DNA of 64,000 nt, taken from contig CAWIIP010000005.1 of the NCBI GenBank assembly GCA_963836235.1, forward strand, positions 128,001 through 192,000, in the 5' to 3' direction. The translations under genes and the position numbers were made by a program. Numbering within the stretch: the stretch's first letter is position 1; every line of letters starts with the position of its first letter. Below are positions 8,426 to 18,851 of this stretch, piece by piece. The DNA comes from an uncultured Pseudomonadota bacterium (GTDB taxonomy: Bacteria > Oederibacteriota > Muellerivitia > Muellerivitales > Muellerivitaceae). The notes beneath the pieces were generated by a model. The model worked only from the letters and a program-made list of their open reading frames with translations, was not told the DNA's origin and searched no databases.

Positions 8426-10708
8426 TCACTTTCCAGGAACGGACAGCGGCTGGGAAGCGGCGTTGACCACGTAACTATGGGCCGCTTCCAAGAATAATTG
8501 AGTTTCTTCAACCCTGCGATGAGCTTCGTCAAAGGTAGGCGGTGCAGACTGGCCTGAGCTTGCCGAAGGATTGTCATGCGCCTTAAATAAAAAAGCGGCG
8601 AATTGAGTATTATTGACGTGCTTGACGAACTCGCCGGTATCAAAAAACCATTTCTTGAATTCAGCCACGGTCGCCTCTGGCTTGCCCGTCCATTCCCGGT
8701 CGCGGGTCCGCACCACGCCCTCCGCGGAAAAAATCATGGATTCGTAGGCCAGTGCCACCGCTTCCCTCAATTCTTTAGCGTCAAGCTTGATCTGGGCCTC
8801 AAAAGCCTTTCCTTCGGCGGCGGTCAGGGAAAATTCAGAGGGGGCAACCACTTCTCCCGCACATTCGCCCTTCCCGATATCGGCGATGGTATATTCTCGG
8901 ACATCACCCCAGTCGGTGAACAAACCGGGTTCGGCATCATGGGAAGGAATGACCATGAGGTCATTCAGCAGATTTTTGATTTCGATCTTGCCGACACGCT
9001 GGACAAAACCCTGAAAAGTTTCATCTTTTTGGCGTTCTTTGACGAACTTGTCCATTAAACGCTTGACGGTCTCCGGAATGCGTTTCGAGGGAACCGCAGC
9101 TACCGCAAGACCGTAAGCGCCTCCGTTGTTTTTCCATTGTCCGCCCAAAACTAATTGAAAATGGGGCACTGTATAGGAACCCGCCTTACGGGAAACGCCG
9201 TAAAAACCCAGGTCCGAAATATGGTGCTGGCCGCAGGAATTGGGACAACCGCTGACTTTTATTTTCAAGTTTTTCACTTCATCCGGCAAGTTGGCCATCA
9301 TTCCATCTAAACGGTTGGACAGCTCCCTGGCGAGTCCGCGGGAAGCTGAAATTCCCAACTTGCAAGTGTCAGTACCGGGACAAGAGGTGATATCCGAGAT
9401 GCTATTGGCGCCCCCTTGGGCCAAGCCGATAGTCTGAAGCTCTTCGAAAAGAGCGGGCAGGTCGGCTTCGCTCACCCATCGAAAAAGGAGATTCTGTTCG
9501 ACCGAAGTCCGAACGGTGTCCTTCACGTATTTGCGGGCAAGCCCCGCCAGTGCCCGCAACTGGGTTGCGGTCAAGTCTCCCAGGGGTACCCTGACGTGAA
9601 CCGAAACATAACCATATTGGAGCTGTTGGTAGGCGTTGGTTTTCTTCCAGTCTAAAAAACCCTTGGGAAAAGAGGAGGCCCTGAGATTGGCCGCTTTGTG
9701 GGCGGGCTTTTCTTCTTCTTTGGTGTATTGATCGATCAGGCTCGTCCAACGGGAATCGTGGTTCAAGACCGCCCGTTCTTCGACGATCAATTTTTTAAAT
9801 TCTTCAATGCCGAGTTTAGCCACCAGGAACTTGATGCGGGCCATTCCCCGGGTTTTCTTTTCACCCAATCGCCCATAGACTCGGGCCACCGCCTGGGTCA
9901 TCGGGAGCATTTCCTCAACCGGGAGATTCTCGAACAACAGTTTGGCGTTATAAGGCACAGGCCCCAATCCGCCCCCCACGTAAACATCAAAAGCTTTCTT
10001 TTCCTTCCCGTTCACCATTGTTTTCTTCGCGATAAAACCCATGTCATGCATGTTTACCAGGCCGCAAGCTTCCCCAGCGCAACCGGAAAAAGCAATCTTG
10101 AACTTCCGGCCGAAATCCTGGGCGTCCGGATGGCCCAGCATGAACTTAAAAATGGCCTTGGAATAAGGCGTCACATCGAAGGATTCGGTGCGACAGACCC
10201 CAGCGACAGGGCAAGCCGTTACGTTGCGGACGGAATTGCCGCAAGCTTCACGGGTAGTGATGCCCACCGAAGCCAGCCGGCGCATAATATTGGGGGTGTC
10301 TTCCACATGGATGAAATGAAGTTGAAAATCCTGCCTTGTAGTAATGTGGCCGATTCCGTCCGAATATTCCTCGGCGAGGTCCGCTAAAACATCCAATTGA
10401 TCGGCGGTTACGCCGCCCCAAGGAAACTTAATACGTTGCATTCCCGGAGCGTCCCAATGGGTATCGGGTCCCTTCCAAGTAGCGGGAAAATTCAACTTAC
10501 GGATTCGTTTTCCGTCATTGCGCTGACCGTTATCGTAACGCTGACCATAGGCGCCCCGGCGCAATCGGGTTTCGGCGAAAATGCGAGGTTCGACCTTGCC
10601 TTGTTTGTTCAGCTCGATTTGGGCATCGAATTCGTCTATTTCCCTGGCCCAATCGGGCGGCATGGCGTCCTGAAGTTTATTTTTCCAGCTTTTGGATTCG
10701 TAACTCAT
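8426..10708 (-). CDS. siroheme nitrite/sulfite reductase with extra C-terminal domain
   Basis: HITTRQDFQ, CGNSVRN, RKFKI, CPGTDTC...SGCPNSCG ligand motifs. Confidence 0.9.
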   Translation of the reverse strand: MSYESKSWKNKLQDAMPPDWAREIDEFDAQIELNKQGKVEPRIFAETRLRRGAYGQRYDNGQRNDGKRIRKLNFPATWKGPDTHWDAPGMQRIKFPWGGVTADQLDVLADLAEEYSDGIGHITTRQDFQLHFIHVEDTPNIMRRLASVGITTREACGNSVRNVTACPVAGVCRTESFDVTPYSKAIFKFMLGHPDAQDFGRKFKIAFSGCAGEACGLVNMHDMGFIAKKTMVNGKEKKAFDVYVGGGLGPVPYNAKLLFENLPVEEMLPMTQAVARVYGRLGEKKTRGMARIKFLVAKLGIEEFKKLIVEERAVLNHDSRWTSLIDQYTKEEEKPAHKAANLRASSFPKGFLDWKKTNAYQQLQYGYVSVHVRVPLGDLTATQLRALAGLARKYVKDTVRTSVEQNLLFRWVSEADLPALFEELQTIGLAQGGANSISDITSCPGTDTCKLGISASRGLARELSNRLDGMMANLPDEVKNLKIKVSGCPNSCGQHHISDLGFYGVSRKAGSYTVPHFQLVLGGQWKNNGGAYGLAVAAVPSKRIPETVKRLMDKFVKERQKDETFQGFVQRVGKIEIKNLLNDLMVIPSHDAEPGLFTDWGDVREYTIADIGKGECAGEVVAPSEFSLTAAEGKAFEAQIKLDAKELREAVALAYESMIFSAEGVVRTRDREWTGKPEATVAEFKKWFFDTGEFVKHVNNTQFAAFLFKAHDNPSASSGQSAPPTFDEAHRRVEETQLFLEAAHSYVVNAASQPLSVPGK

Positions 10709-10783
10709 GGCGTTCTTTCTTTCAATAGAAGGCTCGAAATGAGGGTCTTTTGTACACTATCGACCCCTTCAAAATCAATCAAC

Positions 10784-11302
10784 TTATGTCCCGGTTTTCC
10801 ACTCCCTGTGGCGGCGGCCCATTTGGGCCAAGTGATGTTCCAAGTGCCAAATATTCAGGCCCACCAGGTATTCCAGGGAAAGCAAACCCCATTCGGGATG
10901 CCGCACTTTTCCCCTCCAGGATTTGGCGGGAACCTTTTTTAAAAGATCAGCGTTGGCCTTGCGCAGAAGAAATATCAGCGCCCGAGCCTGCCCAGGATCA
11001 GCCTTGGAATAAAACAGCTTGTCCGCCCATTTATTTTGGTCATAAGGAGAAACCAATCCTCCGGGTTCGGCCGCCGCCCGTCGCAGGCGGACATAAAGAT
11101 TGGCTTCCTGGTCCGCCAAATGCCAAAGGATTTGGTTAATGGTCCAGTTCCCTTTTTTGAGTGTGAAATGCCACATGGATTTGGGGAACCGACGAAGGGT
11201 TTTCCGGACTCTTTCCGGGCCCTTCGCGAAAGCGGTCATTTTTTTGGAACGACTCCAACCTTGGACCACTTTTTTCATGGCCGCGGTTTCTTGTTCAGGC
11301 AA
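10784..11302 (-). CDS. DinB/YfiT-family protein
   Basis: WTINQILWHLAD, YDQNKWA, WHLEHHLAQ. Confidence 0.85.
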   Translation of the reverse strand: MPEQETAAMKKVVQGWSRSKKMTAFAKGPERVRKTLRRFPKSMWHFTLKKGNWTINQILWHLADQEANLYVRLRRAAAEPGGLVSPYDQNKWADKLFYSKADPGQARALIFLLRKANADLLKKVPAKSWRGKVRHPEWGLLSLEYLVGLNIWHLEHHLAQMGRRHREWKTGT

Positions 11303-11427
11303 GCCTGCAGCCTTTAAAAATCAGGGTGGATGGGGATGGTCATTCCATTTCTCCTTGAGCCAAAGATAGGATCTTATCATGGAAAGAATTGGGATCGAAT
11401 TCAAGGCGTGAACGGAGATTGAGGTTT

Positions 11428-12168
11428 TTATCCGGCTACAACCACTACGCGATTTTCTTTTTCAGGGTTCTCCAAGGGCAATTGAAGATTATCCATTCGG
11501 TGGAAATGGACATCACGAAAACCTTCCCGGCTTAGCCACGAGACCATTTCCGCCAGGGGGTAAGACCGATTCACGATCTTTTCCTCGAAAGGCCTCTTTT
11601 CCACGATGCCCTTCAGGCGCATGACCGCCGTTCCCCTCACGCAATCGAATTCGCCCTGGGACTCGACCTCTTCCCCTTCCCATCGGGCGGATTCCGGGTT
11701 TACCCACTCCCGCAACCCGGCGAGGGTATGAAAGTCAAATAAAAACCGGGCACCCTCAGCCAGGCAGTTCCGAACGGAGCGAAAACAACTCCGCAGTTTT
11801 TCTTCCGAATCCAAGTGGTTCATGACGTTATAAGTGGAAAAGGCAATGCTGAAGTCCCCACCGATTTGAAAACGGGAAATATCTTCCAGTAAAAACCGGC
11901 CCTTGTGCCCGGCCACGTAACGCCAGCAGCGGTTTTCGGCCATCATTAACATATGGGGAGAAAGATCCAATCCGACAAAGGTATAACCCGCCTCAAGGAA
12001 ATGAAAAGCCAAGCGGCCGGTCCCGCATCCTAAGTCAAGGACGGGAAGGCGGCTGAAGGCGGTCGGCTGGGAGGATAAAAAACGCAATAAAAGCGGAGCC
12101 GCTTTTTCGGCGTAAGTCCCGAAATGGCGGTCGTAAAACTTGACGAAAGTTTCACCATAAAAGTTCAT
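11428..12168 (-). CDS. class I SAM-dependent methyltransferase
   Basis: VLDLGCGTG, GLDLSPHML. Confidence 0.88.
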   Translation of the reverse strand: MNFYGETFVKFYDRHFGTYAEKAAPLLLRFLSSQPTAFSRLPVLDLGCGTGRLAFHFLEAGYTFVGLDLSPHMLMMAENRCWRYVAGHKGRFLLEDISRFQIGGDFSIAFSTYNVMNHLDSEEKLRSCFRSVRNCLAEGARFLFDFHTLAGLREWVNPESARWEGEEVESQGEFDCVRGTAVMRLKGIVEKRPFEEKIVNRSYPLAEMVSWLSREGFRDVHFHRMDNLQLPLENPEKENRVVVVAG

Positions 12169-12278
12169 GGCGGCCCGCCTTAGGCTTACCGCAGTTAAAA
12201 AACCGCTTCATTCACGGAGGAAAAATGAAAGATGGGAAAATCGAGCGGCTTTTCGGCTTCAGGCGGCAATTAAATAAA

Positions 12279-12560
12279 TCAGCGCTTGCCGGAGCGCAAA
12301 TCGTAATAAACGCCCTGGCCCTTGGCCTTCGAGACGAAATCCAGGACCCCTTTTTCTTGGCAGAATTCCCGCTCACTGAAAGGAAGGTTTTGCTCTTCCC
12401 TTACCGCGCTTCCACGGGTGCCGCAATCCACGCAAAGATAGTCGATCTCAACTTGGGTGGGAGTTTTGGCTTTAGAAGTCAGAACCCTTCCATTGACCAT
12501 TTTCACGTGGCCTTCACAAACATGGCAGTGAATGCTCTGGGCGTATTTAACGGCTTTCAT
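12279..12560 (-). CDS. small hypothetical protein with two CxxC motifs
   Basis: CHVC and CVDC; SD AAGGAG upstream. Confidence 0.6.
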   Translation of the reverse strand: MKAVKYAQSIHCHVCEGHVKMVNGRVLTSKAKTPTQVEIDYLCVDCGTRGSAVREEQNLPFSEREFCQEKGVLDFVSKAKGQGVYYDLRSGKR

Positions 12561-12770
12561 CGGCAGCTCCTTCTTTTCTAAAAACCTGAATGTCGGAAAA
12601 TTGCGTCCGAAAATTTAAATAATGGTTATAGGTTGGTGAGTGAAGTGGAGAGGAAGAAGTATAGGCCCCTCCTGACTTAAACTCAAGGCGGATGAAATTT
12701 TAGAACAAAATGGATTTTGTCGATCGGCCTATCGTTTCACCTGAAAAAGCTTTATTCAAACGGCACTAAT

Positions 12771-12805
12771 AAAAAAAGCCCCCGGACTTGTGATCCGGAG
12801 GCTTT
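12771..12805 (-). terminator. rho-independent terminator
   Basis: AAAGCCTCCGGA-loop-TCCGGGGGCTTT followed by T-run on the minus strand. Confidence 0.75.
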
Positions 12806-12855
12806 GACCTACATGGGGTAGGGGCTTTTATCCCCCCACCGGGTGGATCAAAAAG

Positions 12856-13053
12856 TTACTTAGCGGCTGGCGTGGTTGACGCGGCAGCCGGAGTCGAAGT
12901 GCTCTTTTTGCTCTTCTTGCCCTTTTTAGACTTTTTGACCTTGTGAGTGGTCTTCACTGGGGCGCTCGCCGGAGCGGTTCCCTGCGCGAATACCAACCCG
13001 GTCGTGCCACCCAAGAACAAAACGGTCATCAAGACTGCGATTAGCTTTTTCAT
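12856..13053 (-). CDS. small secreted Lys/Ala-rich protein
   Basis: Signal peptide MKKLIAVL...VFA, basic low-complexity tail, SD GGAGG, terminator downstream. Confidence 0.75.
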   Translation of the reverse strand: MKKLIAVLMTVLFLGGTTGLVFAQGTAPASAPVKTTHKVKKSKKGKKSKKSTSTPAAASTTPAAK

Positions 13054-13182
13054 CTGATTCCTCCAAACCCTTTCGGGCTTTTTGATTTTTGGGATCAACT
13101 GCTTCCCTGCATATAAGACGGCGCTCGTCGGCAAAAAGTTGCAGGGTGAAAAGGGGCCCGTTTGCTGGAATTAATCAAAATT

Positions 13183-14253
13183 TTATCTTTTAACCGCGGC
13201 CGCCCCAACGCTTGTCGAAAACATTTTTCGAACTTCCTTCGCGATTCCGATCAGGGTCAATTGGTTGAGCGGGAATTCCAAAAAGACATGCGTGAAGCTC
13301 AGGAAAAATAGCCATTGGAGCCCCACCGAATAGTTGTAACCGTAAATTCCCAGCGATATGCCCCAAAGCAATAGGATACCGATGGCGCGGTTCCGGGGAA
13401 TCTCGTGCCAACCGATGATGGAAGTTTTCGAGAACCAATTCAGATAGTGGTAGGTATAAGAAAAAGCGATGAAGGACATCAGTGCCAGTGCCGTTGGGTT
13501 CTGGTAAAGGAACCCGTTGACGTTTTTCACGAATTCCGGAAGAGGAAGTTGCCTCGGGTCGAAATCCTGCAGCCTCAACATCTTCACGATATAAAGGTTG
13601 ATGGAGATAAAGGGACTGGAGCCGGTTCCGTCCTCCTTCAAGTAGCCGTAGTTGTTACGGACATAATCACTCACGTGATAGCTCAAGTGAGCGGGGTGGA
13701 AAAAGAAGAACCCCGCGGCCAAGCCGGCAAAAACGACAAGGGAGGCCAAGCCGGACGCGCTTTTACCTCTCAAGGCGCCAATGAGAATGAACATTCCCGT
13801 AAAGAGGAATACATGGATCAAAGTGGGCAAGAACAATCCAAAGACCATTCGGAAAGCGACCGATTGGGCGAAAAAAAACAAAGCCAAAACCACAGGCAAA
13901 AAGGCCCACAACCGGGCCCTGTTATTTTTAAGAAGAACAAAAAGCAAGGCCCCTAAGAAAGCCAACCCGCTGAAAAATTCGCTGGTGCCCTTTGGCGCGA
14001 AAGAAATCCAGCCGAAATAAAGCGCGGTAATGATGACGGCTATCCCTAATAAGAAAAGGTAATCATGCCGACCCTGAGTGAAGTAACTTTTATCGTGGAG
14101 CCAGGAAATTTCGGTAAGATAATGAAGCGGCCCCAAAACCGCGTAAGCCAGCAAAAACAGTTCAAAGGGAAAAAGAAAGGCCAGCACGGCCGAAAAAACC
14201 ATCAGTCCAATATTGAGATAGTTAATTTGGTTCGTATTGAATGAAGTAGCCAT
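13183..14253 (-). CDS. polytopic membrane protein of unknown function
   Basis: Many hydrophobic segments; His motifs GPLHYLTE, TLIHVF, YHYLNW, THVFLE. Confidence 0.75.
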   Translation of the reverse strand: MATSFNTNQINYLNIGLMVFSAVLAFLFPFELFLLAYAVLGPLHYLTEISWLHDKSYFTQGRHDYLFLLGIAVIITALYFGWISFAPKGTSEFFSGLAFLGALLFVLLKNNRARLWAFLPVVLALFFFAQSVAFRMVFGLFLPTLIHVFLFTGMFILIGALRGKSASGLASLVVFAGLAAGFFFFHPAHLSYHVSDYVRNNYGYLKEDGTGSSPFISINLYIVKMLRLQDFDPRQLPLPEFVKNVNGFLYQNPTALALMSFIAFSYTYHYLNWFSKTSIIGWHEIPRNRAIGILLLWGISLGIYGYNYSVGLQWLFFLSFTHVFLEFPLNQLTLIGIAKEVRKMFSTSVGAAAVKR

Positions 14254-14424
14254 GGGTCGTTTTCGCCTTCGCCGGATCCGATTGCCCTTGAACCGCCCAA
14301 AACTACTTCAAACCGCGCAAGGGTTCTTGTCAGATTATTTTAGGACAGCTTTCTCCCTTCCATATAAAAAAGAGAAAAGGTATTCTTGGGTGCCTTCGCT
14401 TCAACTCCGTCTTAAGGAACTTTC

Positions 14425-16416
14425 ATGTCCCGCGTGGGAATCGAGCAACAAAGGGGGTTGGTTTATCCCAACCATCAAGTCGAAGCCTGGATCAGTGGCA
14501 CCTTCCATTATTGGCGGGTCGATCCCGCGCTTTGGGCGGACGTCCTTGACAATATCAAAGCCATGGGTTTCGGCATCGTGGAAACCTATATCCCCTGGGG
14601 ACTGCACGAAATCGAGCGGGGGAAGTTCGAGTTTGGTGAAAAAGAACCCCATAAAAACCTGGAAAAGTTCATTCAACAGGTCCACCAGGCGGGCCTCAAA
14701 TTGGTCGTGCGGCCGGGCCCCCATATCAACGCCGAACTGACCTGTTTCGGCTATCCCCCACGTATCGTTTATGACCCCGCCATCGTCGCCAAGGAAGCTT
14801 CCGGCGCCTATTCGGTACACGATGCCTATCCCAAGGCCTTCGGCAATCCCAGTTATGCTTCCGAAAAATTATATGAGGAAACCGCCCTTTGGTTCGACGC
14901 CCTAGCGCCCATCCTGAAGCGCCATTTTTATCCCGACGGCCCCATCGTGGCCCTGCAAGTGGACAACGAAACCGGCTATTACTTCCGCACCGGGGCTTAT
15001 CTGATGGATTACGGTGACGATTCCATCCGCTGGTACCAGACTTTCCTGAAAAAGCGTTACGGGACCCTCCAGGTCCTCAATGAAATTTACGGAAGCCATC
15101 ACAAATCTTTTGAAGCTATCGAGCCTCCCCGTTCTTTCGCGGGAGAAAAGCTGAAAGACCTTCCCTATTACTTGGATTGGAGCCGCTACAAGGAATGGCA
15201 GATCAACGAGTGTCTTCGGATCATCGGTGAAATGTGGCGGGAAAGGGGGGTGGATGGAATTCCCTTCTTCCATAATTTCTTCGGGCCCCTCAATAGCCCC
15301 TACAACACCAATGAAGCCGAGCACGGCGATTATGGCCTGGATATAGTAGGTGTGGACGATTATCCCCGCAAGGAACAATACCTGACCACCTCCCGCAAGG
15401 CCAGCTACCTGGCCGGCACTTCCAAACTTCCCTTCATCCCCGAATTCGGGTCGGGCTGTTGGTGCCTGCCCCTTTGGGAAAACACCTTTACCATCGAGGA
15501 CGAGCGTTTCACCACGCCTCTCTTGTTTATGTTCGGTTTAAAGGCAGTCAACTATTACATGATCGTGGAAAGGGACCGCTGGATGGGAAGTCCCATCACG
15601 GTCGACAACAAAATTCGGGCTCCCTATTTCAACTTCTACCGGCACTGGAATACTTTTTTAAGAAACAACCAGTTTCACCAGTGGGATTTGCAAAGCGACC
15701 TACTGATCCTGGCCAACTACGACATGGAACGGACCCTTAAGGCCCTCAAAATGGTCGAGAACCATTTCCTTCACTTTCTCCCCGAAGAAGCGGGTTATAT
15801 GGAAAATCAATCGCTCTTTCCCTACCGCCTCGAGGAAGAACAACCCCGTTGGGCGGAAAATCAATGGGCCTATGCTTTAAAAAGCCACCTGCCCTTTCAC
15901 TGCTCCGATACCGTCCTGCCTTACGAGAAAATGAAAGGCCATAAGGCGGTTTGGGTGGTGACCTTTGAAATCATGGACAAAAAGGCGCAGGAAAACCTCC
16001 GGCGCTTCGCCGAAGAGGGCGGAACCGTGATCCTGGGCCCAATGGTTCCCGCCTTGGATGAAAATCTTAGCCCCTTTTCAGCTTTCGGCGAATTAAAGAA
16101 GGGCTCCGAAGTTAAAATCGGCAAAGGTAAGCTGGTACTTCTGAAGAAGTGGGACGAAAAGGAAGTTGAAAAAGCTTTGGCGGAAGCGGGAATAAAGCCC
16201 GTAATGGAAGGTCTTCCCGCCGAAATCCTGGCCACCCATTTTAAAAGGGAGGGGAAAGAAATTTATTTCCTGGCCAACCCCGGTGAAAAAGCCGTCACCT
16301 TTACTCCGTCGCGCAAACTCACCCCCCTTTACGGAATACACGACGGAACCCTTTTCAGCCATGGCCTCCTTACTCTCCATTCCTGGTCGGTATCGGTCTG
16401 GGAGGTAACCCAATGA
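14425..16416 (+). CDS. beta-galactosidase-like glycoside hydrolase (GH35/GH42, clan A)
   Basis: FHYWRV, ETYIPWGLHE, RPGPHINAE, QVDNE, IPEF; C-terminal trimerisation-like domain. Confidence 0.85.
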   Translation: MSRVGIEQQRGLVYPNHQVEAWISGTFHYWRVDPALWADVLDNIKAMGFGIVETYIPWGLHEIERGKFEFGEKEPHKNLEKFIQQVHQAGLKLVVRPGPHINAELTCFGYPPRIVYDPAIVAKEASGAYSVHDAYPKAFGNPSYASEKLYEETALWFDALAPILKRHFYPDGPIVALQVDNETGYYFRTGAYLMDYGDDSIRWYQTFLKKRYGTLQVLNEIYGSHHKSFEAIEPPRSFAGEKLKDLPYYLDWSRYKEWQINECLRIIGEMWRERGVDGIPFFHNFFGPLNSPYNTNEAEHGDYGLDIVGVDDYPRKEQYLTTSRKASYLAGTSKLPFIPEFGSGCWCLPLWENTFTIEDERFTTPLLFMFGLKAVNYYMIVERDRWMGSPITVDNKIRAPYFNFYRHWNTFLRNNQFHQWDLQSDLLILANYDMERTLKALKMVENHFLHFLPEEAGYMENQSLFPYRLEEEQPRWAENQWAYALKSHLPFHCSDTVLPYEKMKGHKAVWVVTFEIMDKKAQENLRRFAEEGGTVILGPMVPALDENLSPFSAFGELKKGSEVKIGKGKLVLLKKWDEKEVEKALAEAGIKPVMEGLPAEILATHFKREGKEIYFLANPGEKAVTFTPSRKLTPLYGIHDGTLFSHGLLTLHSWSVSVWEVTQ

Positions 16417-17153
16417 TCCATCCCGACGTCCTCTTCGAGCATATCGACATCAACCAAGCCCGGCGTTTTGTGGATATTTCCAAGGTCGCCCAGCCCAATC
16501 CCCGGGTTCTCTATGTTCTCCATGAAAAGGGCAAGGTTTTGAAGGCCTGGGACAGCCTCAAGGGTCGGACAAGCGTCGGCGATACTATCAAGCCTTCGGT
16601 CGCCTTGGCGGAAGAGTTGAGGAAAAGCCATGGGGTTGACGAGGTCCAATTGATCGACCAGCAGGGTTTCCAGGACTATTACAAGCAAGCATTGGATTTG
16701 GATAAGGCCCAGGAACTCACCGGCTATGACTTCAAGGAACGCACCCGGCAGTTGAAGAACACCCAGGGCGAGGGCCTAATCATCCACCCCCCCAGAGAAA
16801 GCTATGATTATTACCATTACATTGAGCGAACCCGACAATTCGTAGCCAAAAAGCTGAAACCCGACTGCATCTTCCTATTGGGAGTTTACGATTCCAAGGA
16901 TTGGTGGACTTCCCTGGTGGCGGTCTTTACGGGTGGGCAAATCACCTACCTTTCCACCTTCGAGTATTTCCCCGCCGAAAAGCTGGTGGAATCCGGCTCG
17001 CCAAAAACCCACGAAGCCCTAGTCAAAACCGCCGCCCAATCCTTTCAAAAACCCGCCTTCGGGATGTTTCTGCCCAAGGAAGCCTTTGAACAATCCGCCC
17101 AAAACCAATGGCGTGGGTTGGGGCAAACACCTCTCCTAATAATTCAGGGGTAA
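16413..17153 (+). CDS. hypothetical protein coupled to the glycosidase
   Basis: ATGA overlap with the upstream stop; SD GGAGG. Confidence 0.7.
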   Translation: MIHPDVLFEHIDINQARRFVDISKVAQPNPRVLYVLHEKGKVLKAWDSLKGRTSVGDTIKPSVALAEELRKSHGVDEVQLIDQQGFQDYYKQALDLDKAQELTGYDFKERTRQLKNTQGEGLIIHPPRESYDYYHYIERTRQFVAKKLKPDCIFLLGVYDSKDWWTSLVAVFTGGQITYLSTFEYFPAEKLVESGSPKTHEALVKTAAQSFQKPAFGMFLPKEAFEQSAQNQWRGLGQTPLLIIQG

Positions 17154-17231
17154 ATAATCTGGCCGTTTCGAGCCAATCCGTCTCTCCATCAAAGGGCTAT
17201 TGGGGACTCACCCAACTGCTAAAACCACCCC

Positions 17232-17263
17232 TTGACTCTGGAGTATACTCCAGACCCTATACT
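17232..17263 (+). promoter_or_regulatory. MerR-type (ZntR-like) promoter/operator
   Basis: TTGACT-20 bp-TATACT with perfect 18-bp dyad TCTGGAGTATACTCCAGA (17237-17254). Confidence 0.9.
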
Positions 17264-17280
17264 TGTCCTGGAGCTAAAAA

Positions 17281-17673
17281 ATGACTAAGACCCAATCAAA
17301 TCTTCAAATCGGCCAAGTCGCCCAAAAAAGCGGGATTTCCATCGATGCCATCCGCTATTACGAGAAGGAGGGGCTGTTGAAGGAACCTTCCCGCAGCCAG
17401 GGCGGCTTCAGGCTTTACCCCGCCGAATCGGTGGATCAGCTGGTTTTCATCCAGAAGGCCCAGACCCTGGGGCTCACCCTCAAGGAAATTAAAAGCATCA
17501 TGTGCTGCGGGGATAAAGGCCTGGAGCCCTGTTGTGACCTGACGGTGGGCCTATTCACCAAGAAAATCGATGAGTTCGAGGCCAAGATCAAGGAACTTCA
17601 GGCGACGAAGAAAAAGCTGAAGACGGTTTTAGGCGGCTGGGTTAAACACAAAGTTGTGAAGAAAAAGAAATAA
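17281..17673 (+). CDS. MerR-family metal(loid)-responsive regulator
   Basis: IGQVAQKSG, AIRYYEKEGLL, GFRLY; CC-x7-CC. Confidence 0.92.
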   Translation: MTKTQSNLQIGQVAQKSGISIDAIRYYEKEGLLKEPSRSQGGFRLYPAESVDQLVFIQKAQTLGLTLKEIKSIMCCGDKGLEPCCDLTVGLFTKKIDEFEAKIKELQATKKKLKTVLGGWVKHKVVKKKK

Positions 17674-17760
17674 GGAGCTTGCATAGCATCTAAAGTCCTA
17701 ATGCTGAAAAAGGTTCATACCCTTCATTAGGGAAGATGCTAAAAAAAGGAGGCCGGTAAG

Positions 17761-18168
17761 ATGAGAGCCCATGTTTCAATAAATGTAAAGGACGTCCAAA
17801 AATCCGTTGAGTTTTATCAAAAAGTATTCGGCGTCAAGCCCCAGAAGCAAACGTCCAATTACGCCAAGTTCGACCTGCGAAGCCCCGCCCTTAATTTTTC
17901 TATGCAGTCCCATCCCGGCAGTCCCATCAGCCACGTCAACCATTTCGGGATTGAAATGGATTCCCCGGAAGACCTCGGAGAATGGCAGAACCGGCTAAAT
18001 TCCAACGGCATCCAGACAGAGGAAGAAAAGCAAACCGCTTGCTGTTTTGCCCGGCAGGACAAGGCCTGGTTCAAGGACCCCGACGGCAATTCGTGGGAAA
18101 TCTTCCATGTTTACGAGCAATTGCCTGTGCATCCTTCGTCCATGGCGGACAGTTCTTGCTGCCGTTAA
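17761..18168 (+). CDS. ArsI/CadI-family VOC metalloenzyme
   Basis: HVSINV, NHFGIE, ACCFARQDKAW, DPDGNSWEIF. Confidence 0.88.
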   Translation: MRAHVSINVKDVQKSVEFYQKVFGVKPQKQTSNYAKFDLRSPALNFSMQSHPGSPISHVNHFGIEMDSPEDLGEWQNRLNSNGIQTEEEKQTACCFARQDKAWFKDPDGNSWEIFHVYEQLPVHPSSMADSSCCR

Positions 18169-18848
18169 AAAACCTCCTCCTCAAAAAATCCTTGGCCGAG
18201 GTCATCGGCACCTTCACCCTGGTTTTTTGCGGTTGCGGAAGCATCATGGTGGCTGAGAGGTATCCGGGGACCCTTTCCCACGCCTCGATATCCGTCATTT
18301 TCGGGCTGGCCGTGGCCGTCATGATTTACGCGGTCGGCCATATCTCCGGGGCCCATTTCAACCCCTCCGTCACCCTGGCCTTTGCCGCCGCCAGGCATTT
18401 CCCCTTTGGGGAAGTCCTGGTTTACTGGGCATCCCAGTTGGCTGGCGCCTTCGCGGCCTTAAGCGCTTTAAAACTCATCCTTCCGCCGGGCCATTCCTAT
18501 GGCGCCACGGTTCCGTCGGTGTCCCTTTTTCCCGCCCTCGCTTGGGAAGTCATTTTGACTTTTTTCCTGATGTTCGTGATTGTGGCGGTCGCCACAGATA
18601 CCCGGGCGGTCGGAACCATGGCGGGCGCCGCTATCGGGGCTACCGTCATGCTGGCGGCTTGGGTCGGGGGGCCTGTCACCGGCGCTTCCATGAATCCGGC
18701 CCGGTCGTTGGCACCAGCTGTGTTTGAGGGCCGATTGGACGTGATGTGGATTTACGTGGTCGGGCCTTGTATCGGGGCCGTTCTCGCCGCATTATTTTAC
18801 GAGACCATCCGATTGACACCTGCCAACGGAAAAAACCATAAGGAGTAG
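18156..18848 (+). CDS. MIP-family aquaglyceroporin (AqpS-like arsenite channel)
   Basis: AEVIGTF, ISGAHFNPS, GASMNPARS; probable TTG start at 18156. Confidence 0.9.
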   Translation: MLPLKNLLLKKSLAEVIGTFTLVFCGCGSIMVAERYPGTLSHASISVIFGLAVAVMIYAVGHISGAHFNPSVTLAFAAARHFPFGEVLVYWASQLAGAFAALSALKLILPPGHSYGATVPSVSLFPALAWEVILTFFLMFVIVAVATDTRAVGTMAGAAIGATVMLAAWVGGPVTGASMNPARSLAPAVFEGRLDVMWIYVVGPCIGAVLAALFYETIRLTPANGKNHKE

Positions 18849-18851
18849 GCC

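Noticed and set aside
17982-18155. N-terminal extension of the aquaporin ORF, suggesting a fusion
   Set aside because: It overlaps arsI/cadI in another frame; the likely start is TTG 18156
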